Origin: an uncultured delta proteobacterium
Lineage (GTDB): Bacteria; Desulfobacterota; Binatia; Binatales; Binataceae
Length of the DNA: 64,000 bases
Direction: 5' to 3'
Assembly (NCBI GenBank): GCA_963765675.1
Contig: CAVXXK010000001.1
Span: 96,001 to 160,000 of the forward strand
How positions within the stretch are numbered: the stretch's first letter is position 1; the number at the start of each line of letters is the position of its first letter. Positions 35,404 to 48,039 of this stretch are shown in pieces. A program made the position numbers and the translations under genes. A model generated the notes under the pieces. That model was not told the origin of the DNA. It did not search any database and saw nothing but the letters and a program-made list of their open reading frames with translations.

Positions 35404-35916
35404 ATGCCCCTTTCGTTTCGAACATCCCGCGCCCGATCGACCAAAGGCCAGACCATGGTCGAATTCGCGATGGTTGCGCCGCTGTTCCTATTACTCATCT
35501 TCGGGGTGATGGACTACGCCTGGCTGATGTTCGCGCAATCGAACATTCAACAGGCCATCGATGATGGCGGTCGGTACGCCTCCACCGGACAGGAATCCGG
35601 CGGCACCGGAACCCGCATAACCTCGATCATCGCCAAGGTCCAGAGCGAAATAAGCGTCCCCGGGGTGAGCGCGTCGAACATGACAATTTGTAGCGTTCCG
35701 CCCGGTGGAGGGACTTCATTGTGCTGGAACTCGGGGGCCGATAACGGCAACACCGGCGCGGCGGGCGGACCCGAGTACACCGAGACCTTGACCCTCACCA
35801 CCACCTTGCCGCTGATGACCCCTCTAATTGGTCAGTTCTTTCCGGCGGCCGGCTACACTTTCACCTCGAGCACCACCTTCATGAACGAGCCCTTTGACCC
35901 GTCCACGACCAACTAG
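35404..35916 (+). CDS. tadE: TadE/TadG family pseudopilin
   Basis: GQTMVEFAMVAPLFLLLIFGVMDY...GGRYAS. Confidence 0.88.
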   Translation: MPLSFRTSRARSTKGQTMVEFAMVAPLFLLLIFGVMDYAWLMFAQSNIQQAIDDGGRYASTGQESGGTGTRITSIIAKVQSEISVPGVSASNMTICSVPPGGGTSLCWNSGADNGNTGAAGGPEYTETLTLTTTLPLMTPLIGQFFPAAGYTFTSSTTFMNEPFDPSTTN

Positions 35917-35929
35917 GGAATAGAAGAAC

Positions 35930-36511
35930 ATGTCACTCTCCTATCGCTCGGCCCGCGCAAAGCTTATCGCCAACGAATCTGGCCAGGCAGTGGTCGAGAC
36001 TGCTTTCGTTGTGACCCTGCTCCTCCTTCTCATGTGCGCAGCGATCGATTTCGGCCGTGCCCTGCACACCATGCAGGTGGTGACCGAGCTGACCCGGCAA
36101 GGCGCGAATCTGGCCCTACGCGGGGAAGGCACCTCAAGCTGCGATAATTTGTGCACCGCCGTGTCCTCCCTGTTGTCGGGGAGTTCCGGCCTGAACCTGT
36201 CGAGTAACGGCAAAGTAATCATTACGTCACTCACCGAAACCTTAACCGGAAACGAAACTGTCGGTCCCTCCGGCGGTCCTTATAAGATTGCTGAACAAGA
36301 CGTGTCGTCGGGAGGCATTACGGAATCAAGTAAACTAGGGTCGACGGTCGGTGCGAACGTGAATATACCCGGAGCGCCAGGGCTCCAGACGGGACAGTAT
36401 CTATACGTTGCGGAGATTTACTACAGCTTCACGGCCGCCACTCCGATCGGAAAACTAACCAACAGCGCCGTCAACATGCCGTCGGTGCTTTATGACATCG
36501 CGTATTTCTAA
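35930..36511 (+). CDS. TadE/TadF family pseudopilin
   Basis: ESGQAVVETAFVVTLLLLLMCAAIDFGR...RQGA. Confidence 0.85.
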   Translation: MSLSYRSARAKLIANESGQAVVETAFVVTLLLLLMCAAIDFGRALHTMQVVTELTRQGANLALRGEGTSSCDNLCTAVSSLLSGSSGLNLSSNGKVIITSLTETLTGNETVGPSGGPYKIAEQDVSSGGITESSKLGSTVGANVNIPGAPGLQTGQYLYVAEIYYSFTAATPIGKLTNSAVNMPSVLYDIAYF

Positions 36512-36523
36512 CCCCAGGTTGAG

Positions 36524-37972
36524 GTGAGGCTCTTGCGGGCTAAAATTATAAAACCCCAGCGCGGGCAGATTTTTCTCCTGCTCGCTATCCTGGTACCTGT
36601 CCTGATCGTTCTCGCCGGCTTCGGACTTGACCTCGGTATAGCCTATGTCACGAAGTCCACGCTCTCGAAGTCAGTTGATGCTGCCGCGCTTACCGCGATG
36701 AAAAACATCAACTTGGGGACCGGGAGTCTTCCCAATTGCAGTCTAACCAGCGCAGCGGCAGCCGTCGGCCTGGAAACCTTCAACGTCAATTATCAATCAG
36801 TACCCGGGCTTGGTGCGCCTCCGACACCCAGCATCTGCTTCACTACCGACTCCAACAACAATACGATTGTCAACGTCAGCGCCACGGCCACGATCAATAC
36901 TTACTTCCTCCGTGCGATTTCCATCATTCCCGGCATCAGCACCAACTACAATACTTTGAGCGTCAGCGCCTCCGCGACCGCTCAACGCAACCCAATGATC
37001 ATGTCGCTGGTGCTCGATATCTCGTATTCCATGGAAAACAATGGCGGATCGACTGCGCTTGCGCCCGCGGTGGAAGACTTTATCGCTGACTTCGATCCGA
37101 ACAATAACGACACGATCGACTACGCCTCGATGGTGACGTTTGGAACCTCCGCGGTGGTCGATGTTCAAAATACGCAACCCTTCAAGAACGCAATCGACAC
37201 CGCGGTCAGCCAGAAATTCTGGGCAAACGGAATTATCAACTACACCAATTCACAAGCAGGGCTGTTGGACGGACAGACTCAAATCGCCGATCAGGCCGCA
37301 AATGTGCCCTCGGGTGAGAACGTTATCAAAGTGCTGGTCTTTTTCACCGACGGCTGGCCAAATATACAACAGGACACTCTGACCTGTCCGGCTGCTACCA
37401 AGGGCGGGTCAACAACCACCGCCAATCTCCTGTATTGCGGTTGCGATCCCGGGGATGAGTCGCTGAATTTGTGCCAGTCCTCCGGCGGCGTATTCTTTGC
37501 ACCCTCCACCTGCAGCACATCCAACAATAGCTGTAGCAAACCCACCAGCGGATGCGGCTCAAGCAGCACCACTGCACAACTCCCCCAGAATTTCCCTGAT
37601 CAGCAGACCAATTCGACCGAACCGCTGGTCGTCGGCTCCAATTTCAATATCGAGTATTGCGGCGGCCAGACTCCCGCCTCCGGCCAAACCCTGGCCAGCG
37701 ATGCGATGTATCGCGCGGTCCAAGTGTCCACCAACTCCTCCACCGGCCTCCTGTCCCAAGGGGTCTATGTTTACGCCATCGGCATGGGCTCCGCGATCAC
37801 CAGCCAGCCTGCCGCACAGGAATTCCTGCGCGAGATCGCCAACGATCCCTCCGCTTCTACCTACAACCCCAACCTGCCAATCGGAGAAGCCGTGTTTGCC
37901 TCTAATTCTTCCGATCTGGACCAGGTGTTCCAGACGATCGCTTCCAAGATCCTTCTGCGACTCTCAAGATAG
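36524..37972 (+). CDS. tadG: TadG-like pilus protein with vWA domain
   Basis: RGQIFLL...GLDLG...VDAAAL; MIDAS DISYS, FFTDG, VYAIG, LDQVFQTIA. Confidence 0.87.
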   Translation: MRLLRAKIIKPQRGQIFLLLAILVPVLIVLAGFGLDLGIAYVTKSTLSKSVDAAALTAMKNINLGTGSLPNCSLTSAAAAVGLETFNVNYQSVPGLGAPPTPSICFTTDSNNNTIVNVSATATINTYFLRAISIIPGISTNYNTLSVSASATAQRNPMIMSLVLDISYSMENNGGSTALAPAVEDFIADFDPNNNDTIDYASMVTFGTSAVVDVQNTQPFKNAIDTAVSQKFWANGIINYTNSQAGLLDGQTQIADQAANVPSGENVIKVLVFFTDGWPNIQQDTLTCPAATKGGSTTTANLLYCGCDPGDESLNLCQSSGGVFFAPSTCSTSNNSCSKPTSGCGSSSTTAQLPQNFPDQQTNSTEPLVVGSNFNIEYCGGQTPASGQTLASDAMYRAVQVSTNSSTGLLSQGVYVYAIGMGSAITSQPAAQEFLREIANDPSASTYNPNLPIGEAVFASNSSDLDQVFQTIASKILLRLSR

Positions 37973-38204
37973 TAGATAAGCATCCAATTCCTTTCCCGGT
38001 GGCACAGGCTCTAGCCTGCGCCACCGGTGCCGCTTTCTCTCCCTTGACACGAAATTTTTTATGCTCCGCGACGACAAATCTCTTCGCGGATGAAAAATAA
38101 TCTCCGTGCAAGTCCCCTCGATCGTTGTCGATGCTGCAGGCCGTTGTTAGCGTCTCGAACCCTGTCGATTCGGCCGCACGGCGCGCGCCGCGGAGGAAAT
38201 CAGC

Positions 38205-39623
38205 ATGGCGGAACCGTTTCCTGGCGATCCTTATCTGAGCGGAGGTTTTGAGCCGATCCGGATGGAGTGTGACTACGCGGATCTGATTGTGGAAGGCGAG
38301 GTTCCCGCCGATCTCGATGGCTCATTTTATCGCGTCGGACCCAATCCCCAGTTCGCTCCGCGTTGCCCCTACAACCCGCTCCTCGGCGACGGCATGGCGC
38401 ACGCCTTCCATCTGCGCGATGGACGAGTCTCGTACTGCAACCGGTGGGTCCGGACGCTTCAGTGGAAGCTCGAGCGCGAGGCCGGCCGAGCGCTGTTCGG
38501 ACCTCCCGGCTTCCCCGCCCTCTCCGACCCGAACGTGGCGGGCATCGCCACCGATGGCGTCGCGAACACCAATCTCGTATGGCACGCGAACCGGCTGCTC
38601 GTGCTCGAGGAAGGCCACGCGCCGATCGAGCTCGATCCCTTGTCGCTCGAGACCATCGGCCCCTGGCGCTTCGACGATCGGTTGCCGCGTAACATGACCG
38701 CGCATCCGAAGATCGATTCGGAGTCGGGCGAAATGTTGTTCTTTGCGAATCTTCCGAAAGGCCGCCTGAACGGCGAGATCGCATTCTACGCCGCCAACCG
38801 GGCCGGCATCCTTGACCATTCCGGGCTGTTCAAAGGACCGTTCCCGTCCCTGGTGCATGATTTCGCGATTACCCAGGACTTTCTCATTTTCCCGATCTGT
38901 CCCGTGACCCTATCGATCGAGCGCGCGAAGGCGGGCGCTCCGCTTATCACGTGGGAGCCGGAAAAAGGAACCCACGTGGCGATCATCCCTCGCTCCGGCG
39001 GGGTCGAAGATCTGCGATGGTTCAGCGGCGCTCCGTGCATGGCATGGCATTCAATGAACGCCTTCAACGATGGAGACAGAATCACCGTCGATGTCTGCCA
39101 GCAGGCTGCCGCTGCATTTCCTCTCGCCAACGGGTCAATGCCGGACCAGCGCAAGACCTCGCAGTACCTCACCCGCTGGACCTTCGATTGGTCGAAAGCC
39201 GGTGGGTTCGAAATGGAGCGACTGAGCGACGTTCGATGCGAATACCCGCGAATCGACGAGCGGCGCACGGGCCGGAATTATCGGCATGGTTACCTCGCGT
39301 GCGAAGGCGGTCCCGGAAGCGGCGATCCGTTCCATCGCGGAATCGCGCACTTCGATCACCTCACCCGCCGGATGAGGACCTATTCCACCGGTCCCAGATG
39401 CGCCGTGGCCGAGCCCGTGTTCGTCGCCAAAAACCGCGATGCGCAAGAAGGCGAAGGGTATCTGCTGACCAATATTTTTGATGAACAACGTAACGCGAGT
39501 CATCTCGCAATCTTCGACGCCGAGGATATCGAGCGAGGCCCCGTTGCACGTGCGCATCTGGACCATCGCGTGCCCGTCGGCTTCCACGCCTGTTGGCGTC
39601 CCGGCAACACAAAGCCCTCGTGA
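38205..39623 (+). CDS. Carotenoid oxygenase / lignostilbene dioxygenase family (RPE65)
   Basis: RVGPNP, GDGM, TAHPKID, VHDFAIT, WHSMNA, EYPRID, EPVFV, GFHACW (four Fe-binding His). Confidence 0.93.
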   Translation: MAEPFPGDPYLSGGFEPIRMECDYADLIVEGEVPADLDGSFYRVGPNPQFAPRCPYNPLLGDGMAHAFHLRDGRVSYCNRWVRTLQWKLEREAGRALFGPPGFPALSDPNVAGIATDGVANTNLVWHANRLLVLEEGHAPIELDPLSLETIGPWRFDDRLPRNMTAHPKIDSESGEMLFFANLPKGRLNGEIAFYAANRAGILDHSGLFKGPFPSLVHDFAITQDFLIFPICPVTLSIERAKAGAPLITWEPEKGTHVAIIPRSGGVEDLRWFSGAPCMAWHSMNAFNDGDRITVDVCQQAAAAFPLANGSMPDQRKTSQYLTRWTFDWSKAGGFEMERLSDVRCEYPRIDERRTGRNYRHGYLACEGGPGSGDPFHRGIAHFDHLTRRMRTYSTGPRCAVAEPVFVAKNRDAQEGEGYLLTNIFDEQRNASHLAIFDAEDIERGPVARAHLDHRVPVGFHACWRPGNTKPS

Positions 39624-40074
39624 CGTGTCGCAACTCCTGTCCCGAGCCGTCCCTGGGAGCCCGATTGGAATTCGTAGGGGCGCGTCGCGACGCGCCCGTC
39701 TTGCGCGCGCCGATAATCGAGCGCATGACGCGTGGCACAAGCTTCAGCCTGTGTCTTCCCTCAGAACGACACTGCGGGAATCGGGTCCAAACATGACGCT
39801 GCAAGCGCGCAACGTCTTCCGAGAGGCCAGATTCCCGCGCTATTATTGCTACGACAGGCAAATGATTTTCGACCTTGCGTCCGGGCGCAAATGTACGAAA
39901 TTCACAAATCTTTTTAACGGGTTAGCACATCTCTTGCTGTGTTACGTGACGCTGCGGATTTGCATCACTACCGTCTTTAGGCGGATGCTGCTTGCAACAC
40001 CCCCGTATTGACTATGCTCTTGGCCGGTAACACAATACGCCTCCGCCCGTTTTGTCCCTCACGGGCGCAAAAGA

Positions 40075-41592
<1,518 letters not shown>

Positions 41593-41663
41593 CGCAGTCT
41601 GATCCCTCGCCCTTTCAGGGCGAGGAATCAGACAGGGCGCGCCGCCAGGCGCCAGTCTTGCCG

Positions 41664-41759
41664 GATACCCTCTCCCTCCGGGAGAGGGCGACGCGGCGCG
41701 GCGATTGCTCTTTTTAGCAATCGCCGTGACGCGTGGGTGAGGGTGCTTGCTCTGCTCTT
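41664..41759. repeat. ~85-95 bp dispersed palindromic repeat (REP/MITE-like), copy 1
   Basis: CCCTCTCCCTCCGGGAGAGGG...GCGATTGC-N-GCAATCGC...GGGTGAGGGTGCT; nearly identical at 42403 and inverted at 61611. Confidence 0.85.
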
Positions 41760-41830
41760 TTAATCGCGGCGCTGAAATCGGTCCCTCACCTAACCGCGCG
41801 CCAGTGGCACCTTCCTTTCAGGGCGCGGGA

Positions 41831-42199
41831 TCAGACAGCGCCAATCGGAAAGACAGTCACGAACACCGCCTGCCAGCGGTTTTCACGCTTCGAGTACACG
41901 CGCAGGTAACGTTGATCGACCACGCGATCGGGATGCTGAATGCGGACCCGGCCCCACGTTGCCGCAGTGGGCGTGAACATCTGCATACCCGCTTCACTGA
42001 AGAACACCTGCGCTCCCTCGGGTGTCGGCCGCATCATGTCGATTTTGCCGCCCGTTCGGCCGTCAGAAAGATTAACGCGAAAATCGTCAGCCAGGATTTC
42101 GGCGAAGGCCGAACGATCATTACGCAGATAAACCTCGTTCCATGACCGGTCCAGTTCTCTGACCGCTTGTTCGTCCGCCGAAAGGGTATTGTGATCCAT
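41831..42199 (-). CDS. NTF2-like / DUF4440 protein
   Basis: VRELDRSWNEVYLRNDRSAFAEILADDF...YLRVYSKRENRWQAV. Confidence 0.8.
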   Translation of the reverse strand: MDHNTLSADEQAVRELDRSWNEVYLRNDRSAFAEILADDFRVNLSDGRTGGKIDMMRPTPEGAQVFFSEAGMQMFTPTAATWGRVRIQHPDRVVDQRYLRVYSKRENRWQAVFVTVFPIGAV

Positions 42200-42402
42200 C
42201 GGATCTGGCCACCACGAAATATTGTTTCGCAGCATAATCGCCGATCGCGGTATGCGCCAGAATGGGTGACATGAATCGAGCACGAGTCATACTAAGAAAC
42301 CTGATTGAGGACTGGTGGCACAGGCTTTAGCCTGTGTTCCCCCGTCGGCTACGGAGCAGAATCAATTTGTATTGGCGCGTCGTGAGGCGCCCGTCTTTGC
42401 GC

Positions 42403-42497
42403 GATACCCTCTCCCTCCGGGAGAGGGCGACGCGGCGCGGCGATTGCTTTTTTTAGCAATCGCCGTGACGCGTGGGTGAGGGTGCTGCTCTGCTCTT
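42403..42497. repeat. Dispersed palindromic repeat, copy 2
   Basis: Near-identical to 41664-41759. Confidence 0.85.
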
Positions 42498-42572
42498 CAA
42501 GCACGGCGCGGCGCGCTGAATCAGGATTTTTTTGAAGCCCGTTCCTTGCTCTCAGGCAAAGAGAACGACAAC

Positions 42573-43949
42573 TCATCCGGCCCGAGCTTTTAGAATCACC
42601 GGCATCCCGTCCGACGGCCCGATCGCTATGCTGACCCGCACCGGCCGCGCAGTGTGACTGCGCACTGGCGCAATATCGAAACGCCGGATCACTTCGGCCA
42701 GCACGATCTTCATCTGGTAGGTCGCGAATGCCGCGCCCAGGCATCTGCGCGTGCCGCCGCCGAACGGAAAGAAATGGTAGGGACTCGGACGCGAATCGAT
42801 GAAGCGGGAGGGATCGAATTTTTCCGGATCGGACCAAAGGTCCGGACGCCGTTGCACGAGGTATATACAAAGCGCCACCACGACGCCCTTCGGCAACGCG
42901 CACCCCGCTATTTCCATCGGAGCCTGCAGCTCGCGTCCGATGTTGGGAACCACCGGACAGAGCCGCATCGTCTCGTTAACCACGGCATCGAGGTAATGCA
43001 TCGACGCCGGGTCGGCGTCTTCGGGCATCCGCGCCAACTCCTCGCGCGCGGCGCGTGTGACGTCAGGATGCAGCGCCAACTGATGCATCGCCCATGCGAG
43101 CGACGCGGCCGTGGTTTCATGGCCGGCGAGCAGGAGCGTCATCATCTCGTCCCGCAGGACCATGTCGCTTATCGGACGACCGTTTTCGTCGTGTGCGGCG
43201 AGCAGAATCGAAAGGATATCTTCGCGGTTACGATCGGGTGACGCCCGTCGCTTCGCAAATTCGGCGAACAGCGCACTTTCCATCTCGCGGTTCAGCCGAA
43301 CCACACGCCCCCATGGACTCCATGGACCAAGGTCGAGGCGGAATGCGGATACCGGGAACAGGCTCGCGAAGCGGCCCGAATAGAGCGCGAACAACCGCGC
43401 GATGAGGTCCTTCAGGTGTGCCGATTCCGCGGATTCGTCCAGGCCGAAAGCCGCGCGCATGATGACGTCGAACGTAATCGATCGCATCGACGGATAAACC
43501 GCGAAGGCCTCGCCAACCGGCCACTTCGCTATAGCGGCGCGCGCGATCGATCGCATCACCGGCCCATACGCGCGCATCCTCTCGCCCCCAAACGCCGGCA
43601 GAATGAGCCGGCGGTCGTGCAGATGCGCCTCGCCATCGAGGAACAGCACGGAACGCTCGCCCATGAAGACGCCTAGCGGACGATTTGCTTTGCCTGCGTG
43701 AAGCAGCTCGGGATTGCCGAGAAAGATTTCGCGGATCGCGGCCGGTTCGCTGGTGAAGACGAACGGGCTGACGCCGGGAACGCGAATCGTGAACCAGTCG
43801 CCGTAGCGGCGCGCGCACTGGTCGAGAAAACGATACGGGTTGCGCACGAAACCGAACGTCGCGACGGGCCCGGGCCCGGATGGAAGCGTCGCCGATTTGC
43901 CGCCACCCCAATGCACGAGTGCCGAGTACCACGGCACCGGTATCGTCAC
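42573..43949 (-). CDS. Cytochrome P450
   Basis: LLAGHETT, ETMR, FDPSRF, PFGGGTRRCLG heme-thiolate motif. Confidence 0.95.
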   Translation of the reverse strand: MTIPVPWYSALVHWGGGKSATLPSGPGPVATFGFVRNPYRFLDQCARRYGDWFTIRVPGVSPFVFTSEPAAIREIFLGNPELLHAGKANRPLGVFMGERSVLFLDGEAHLHDRRLILPAFGGERMRAYGPVMRSIARAAIAKWPVGEAFAVYPSMRSITFDVIMRAAFGLDESAESAHLKDLIARLFALYSGRFASLFPVSAFRLDLGPWSPWGRVVRLNREMESALFAEFAKRRASPDRNREDILSILLAAHDENGRPISDMVLRDEMMTLLLAGHETTAASLAWAMHQLALHPDVTRAAREELARMPEDADPASMHYLDAVVNETMRLCPVVPNIGRELQAPMEIAGCALPKGVVVALCIYLVQRRPDLWSDPEKFDPSRFIDSRPSPYHFFPFGGGTRRCLGAAFATYQMKIVLAEVIRRFDIAPVRSHTARPVRVSIAIGPSDGMPVILKARAG

Positions 43950-44280
43950 AATCTGGCGAAGCGAACGACTCTAATTCGTGGCGATCCGGCGATGGAGCTC
44001 TGCAAACAGGCCTCGAACTCGCGATTTATCGACGCGTCCATTTTGGAGGGGGCGGGCGGTCAAGTCGATCTTCAGAAGTAACAAAACCCTTGGCGCACAG
44101 GCTTTTCATGCCATTTTGACGCCTCGCCGTTTCCCTAACGATCGTTCGGGTTTTTGCCAGATTTGTTCATGGCTGAACTGTTCAGCCTTATGCCCAATTC
44201 CACTTCGTGCAAAAGTGATCGCGTGGAAGCATCCGGCACACAGTACCGCTTCGCTCTGGGCCGCGTTCCTTCGCAAGCAG

Positions 44281-44425
44281 AGCAGCACCCTCATCCGGCG
44301 CTGCGCGCCACCCTTCGACAGGCTCAGGGCAGGCTCTTCTCACGGAGGGAGAAGGATCAGAACATGCCCGAATGCCTTCTCTCTCCAGGAGAAGGTGCCC
44401 GAACGGCGGATGAGGGTGCTGCTCT
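44281..44425. repeat. Related palindromic intergenic repeat (AGAGCAGCACCCTCATCCG...CGGATGAGGGTGCTGCTCT terminal inverted repeats)
   Basis: Terminal inverted repeats resemble the ends of the 41664 family; internal CCCTTCGACAGGCTCAGGG hairpin. Confidence 0.6.
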
Positions 44426-44763
44426 GCCAGCGGCGACTCAGCTTCAAGAGTTGGAACTATAAGAATGGATCGCCGCGCCCGAGCGTCCAAAAATCGATGA
44501 CCAAAAAAGCTGCTAAAACGAACCCAATGCCCCGAATTCCGCAGCATCTACAAGTAGTTTATTTTTTGAGCCAATAAAAAAGATACCAAACGAACCCACC
44601 GAATTTGCCCGAGATCAAAAAATCCGAGGCACTACCTTGCCCAGAATCAATCATGTTTCTATTTAGGGGAGGGCCCCGGACCCGAGCGTTTCCGCATCGG
44701 GTCCGAGGCGCCTGGGAGAGGACTTGTTCAGCTCTGCCCCGCGAACGCCGTGGTGACGGCCTA

Positions 44764-45702
44764 TCAGACGCCGCCGATCGTCCGGATGACCTGGATCATC
44801 GCCGGTCCAACGATCACCGCGATCATCGCGGGCAGGATGAAGAGCACCAATGGAAACAGAATCTTGATCGAGGCCTTCTGCGCCTGCTCCTCGGCGTGCA
44901 GACGGCGGCGAGTGCGCAACGCGTCGGAACTGGCATGAAGCGCAGGTCCGATCTGTGCGCCCAATTGCTCACTCTGGATAAGGGTCGCGGCCAGCGGCTT
45001 GATATCGTCGACCGCGGTCCGCTCGGCAAGGCTGCGCAGCGCTCCGCCCAGCGATGCGCCGGCGGAAATGTCGCTCGCGACCAGGCTGAGCTCGGTGCCG
45101 ATCTCCTGGCCCTGCCGCTCGCATTCGGTGCCGACGATCCGGATTGCCTCATACAGCCCGAGTCCTGCCTCCACGCAGACCACCAGCAAATCGAGCACGT
45201 CGGAGAGCTGGCGCGCGATATTGCCTTGGCGGATACGGGCGCGGCGGCCGATGTAGTAGCTCGGGACGAAGATTCCGACTGCGGCGCCGCCCAACCCGAA
45301 CAGGAACGGCTGCGCCACCGAATCATGCAGCACCACCCCGATCAACAATCCGAGCGCGCCGCATCCTACCGCCAGCAGCACGCGCACGACCTGATAGAAG
45401 TGCGGTGCGCCGCCCTTGAGAAAGCCGGCTTGCGCGAGCGTCTGTGCGAGTTTCTCGCCCTGCGGAGTATCAAGGTCGGGAACCGGAACTTTTTTGGACG
45501 CCCATCTGAAGATCATCCGCAGCAGGTTGGGATCATATTCGCCGGCGTTCTCGAGTGCGCCCTGCGTCACCCGCATCTTGACCGCCAGGTCGGCAAAACG
45601 ATCGTCAACCGGGCGATGGCCGGCAAACACTCCGACGTACAGCGCCAGGGCTGCCGCGCCGATCAGGAAGAAGAAAGCGATACTGATGAAAAGTGCGCTC
45701 AT
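44764..45702 (-). CDS. tadC: Tad pilus inner-membrane protein TadC
   Basis: T2SSF domain: DVLDLLVVCVEAGLG, LIQSEQLG, KILFPLVLFILPA. Confidence 0.92.
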   Translation of the reverse strand: MSALFISIAFFFLIGAAALALYVGVFAGHRPVDDRFADLAVKMRVTQGALENAGEYDPNLLRMIFRWASKKVPVPDLDTPQGEKLAQTLAQAGFLKGGAPHFYQVVRVLLAVGCGALGLLIGVVLHDSVAQPFLFGLGGAAVGIFVPSYYIGRRARIRQGNIARQLSDVLDLLVVCVEAGLGLYEAIRIVGTECERQGQEIGTELSLVASDISAGASLGGALRSLAERTAVDDIKPLAATLIQSEQLGAQIGPALHASSDALRTRRRLHAEEQAQKASIKILFPLVLFILPAMIAVIVGPAMIQVIRTIGGV

Positions 45703-45703
45703 A

Positions 45704-46651
45704 TCAGTAGCTCACGCGCAGCAATCGCCGGATGGTCAGGATTGCCGCGAGGTCCATCCCCATCGCGAACTTCAGAATCTTCTGTCCGGTGGGATCGTAA
45801 AACAGCTCTTTGGTGTAGCCCGGCTGGATCAGCGTAAACGCGCCCAGCACCAGCACCGGCAGGATGCCGACCACCCATCCGCCCATCCTTGCCTGCGCGG
45901 TCAGCGCGCGGATTTGGAGGCGCAGACGCTGGCGGATGCGGACTATCTCGGACAGCCGTCCGACAATCTGCGCCAGCGACGATCCGACCTCGCTCTGCAC
46001 TTTTACCGCCACCGTCAGGAGCCGCAGATCGTCTTCGGGCACGCGCTTCAACATATCGTCGAGCGCGCGCGGCAACGGCAGACCGATGCGGCTCTGCTCG
46101 AGCACGGTGCGAAACTCGACTCCCAGCGGATCGGAGAATTCGCCGACCACGACCTGCAGCGCGCGCTGGAGCGAGTGCCCCGCTTCGAGCGACGACTTGA
46201 TCAGGTCGAGCGCAAATGGAAGCTGGCTGCTAAAGGCTTTCAGGCGGCGTTTCTTTTTGAACTGGATGTACACCAGCGGCATCGCGGCGAAGATGATCGC
46301 GGAGCCGAGGCCGAACAGCATGTCGCCGAACATCGCGTCACCCAGGAACAGTCCCCCGCCGAACAGCATCACGATGATCAGCAGCACGTCGCCGACTCGG
46401 GTGTACATACCGGCCTGCCACATCATTTCCTCGAGGCGGCGCAGCAGGTTCAACTCGTACACGACGCCGAGCAGCTTGCCTTCGTCGGGCCGGCGTTTGC
46501 GCATGATCCCGAGGTCGATGTCGTCAGCCGGGCGGGTCAGGCGGCGCGAGATTTCGCTCTTCTGTTCGGTCTCGGTCTTGGTCCCGGTGATAAACACCAG
46601 TGCGAAGACAAAGATGATCGCGAAAATTGCGGATGCGATTAAAAAATCCAT
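45704..46651 (-). CDS. tadB: Tad pilus inner-membrane protein TadB
   Basis: QLPFALDLIKSSLEAGHSL, IRALTAQARM. Confidence 0.92.
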   Translation of the reverse strand: MDFLIASAIFAIIFVFALVFITGTKTETEQKSEISRRLTRPADDIDLGIMRKRRPDEGKLLGVVYELNLLRRLEEMMWQAGMYTRVGDVLLIIVMLFGGGLFLGDAMFGDMLFGLGSAIIFAAMPLVYIQFKKKRRLKAFSSQLPFALDLIKSSLEAGHSLQRALQVVVGEFSDPLGVEFRTVLEQSRIGLPLPRALDDMLKRVPEDDLRLLTVAVKVQSEVGSSLAQIVGRLSEIVRIRQRLRLQIRALTAQARMGGWVVGILPVLVLGAFTLIQPGYTKELFYDPTGQKILKFAMGMDLAAILTIRRLLRVSY

Positions 46652-46655
46652 CGTT

Positions 46656-48032
46656 TCATCCCACCACTGCGTTGGCCCGGAACAGCCGCGCGTCGAGCTT
46701 CATGCCCGCCGCTTCCAGACGCTGCGAATAAGTCGAGCGGATGCCGGTCGAGACGAAATTTCCTTTTACCTCGCCGTCGGACCCCACTCCGGTGCGTTTG
46801 AACTCGAACAGATCCTGCATCATCACCATCTCCCCCTCCATTCCGCTGATCTCGGAAATCTTCATTACTTTGCGGGTACCGTCAGACAGGCGCGAGACGT
46901 GGACGATCATGTTGAGCGCCGACGCGATCTGCTGGCGCATCGCGCGCTGCGGGATGCTGATCCCCGACAGGAGCATCATCATCTCGAGCCGGCCCATCGC
47001 GTCGCGCGGTGTGTTGGCGTGGATCGTTCCGAGCGAGCCGTCATGGCCGGTCGACATCGCCTGGAGCATGTCGAACACTTCGGCGCCGCGGACTTCGCCG
47101 ACGATTATCCGGTCCGGCCGCATACGCAGGGTGTTCTTCACCAGGTCGCGCTGGCTGACTTCGCCCTTGCCCTCGACGTTGGCGGGCCGGGTTTCCAGGC
47201 GGACAACGTGCGGCTGCTGCAGCGAAAGTTCGGCCGAGTCTTCGATCGTCACGATCCGCTCGTCGGCCGGCACGAACGCCGACAGGCAATTGAGCATCGT
47301 GGTTTTCCCCGAGCCGGTGCCGCCGCAGATGATGATGTTCAGACGCGCCTTGACGATAGTTTCGAGAAACTCGACGATCTCGGGCACCACCGATCCCTTG
47401 TCGACCAGGTCCTGCACCGCGTAGCGGCGCTTTCCGAAACGCCGGATCGAGAGCGACGGCCCGTCGAGCGCAAGCGGCGGAATGATCGCGTTGATACGCG
47501 AGCCGTCGGGCAGGCGCGCATCGACCATCGGCGACGATTCGTCGACCCGGCGTCCGACCTGCGAGACGATCCGGTCGATGATCAGCATCAGATGCGCGTC
47601 GTCCTGGAACTTGACCTCGGTCGGATGCAGGCGGCCGTGTTTTTCCACGTAAACCTGGCCATGTCCATTGACCAGGATATCGGTGATGTCGTCGTCCCAG
47701 AGCAGCGGCTCGAGCGGTCCCAGGCCCAGGAGCTCGTTCTTGATCTCCTCGACCAGCCGGGTCTTGTCGGTGTCGGTTAAAAGGCGGCCGTCCTCGTTCA
47801 GGATGTCCGTGATCGCGCTGGTGACTTTGGCCGAGGCCAGAGTGGGCTCCAGGCTCTCAAGGCGCGAGACGTCAAGCGTCTCGAACAGGCGGTTGTGAAC
47901 CGCGAGCTTGAGTTGCGAAAACCCCTCGGACTGCGGGTCCTTGGCCTTCTTGGGGCCGGCGCCAATCAGCGAGCGCTGGAACTGCGCGGGAGCCTGGCTG
48001 TTTTGCTGCGAGATTCTATCGACCAGCTTCAT
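46656..48032 (-). CDS. cpaF: Tad pilus ATPase CpaF/TadA
   Basis: [54 protein letters not shown]. Confidence 0.95.
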   Translation of the reverse strand: MKLVDRISQQNSQAPAQFQRSLIGAGPKKAKDPQSEGFSQLKLAVHNRLFETLDVSRLESLEPTLASAKVTSAITDILNEDGRLLTDTDKTRLVEEIKNELLGLGPLEPLLWDDDITDILVNGHGQVYVEKHGRLHPTEVKFQDDAHLMLIIDRIVSQVGRRVDESSPMVDARLPDGSRINAIIPPLALDGPSLSIRRFGKRRYAVQDLVDKGSVVPEIVEFLETIVKARLNIIICGGTGSGKTTMLNCLSAFVPADERIVTIEDSAELSLQQPHVVRLETRPANVEGKGEVSQRDLVKNTLRMRPDRIIVGEVRGAEVFDMLQAMSTGHDGSLGTIHANTPRDAMGRLEMMMLLSGISIPQRAMRQQIASALNMIVHVSRLSDGTRKVMKISEISGMEGEMVMMQDLFEFKRTGVGSDGEVKGNFVSTGIRSTYSQRLEAAGMKLDARLFRANAVVG

Positions 48033-48039
48033 GGCGACC

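Noticed and set aside
39921-39938. Possible sigma-54 promoter upstream of the activator (TAGCACATCTCTTGCT)
   Set aside because: Lacks the invariant -24 GG.
45864-47780. Long antisense ORFs (also 61997-63979, 49427-50674, 56905-58059)
   Set aside because: Shadow or alternative frames of well-supported genes in GC-rich DNA, with no recognisable motifs.
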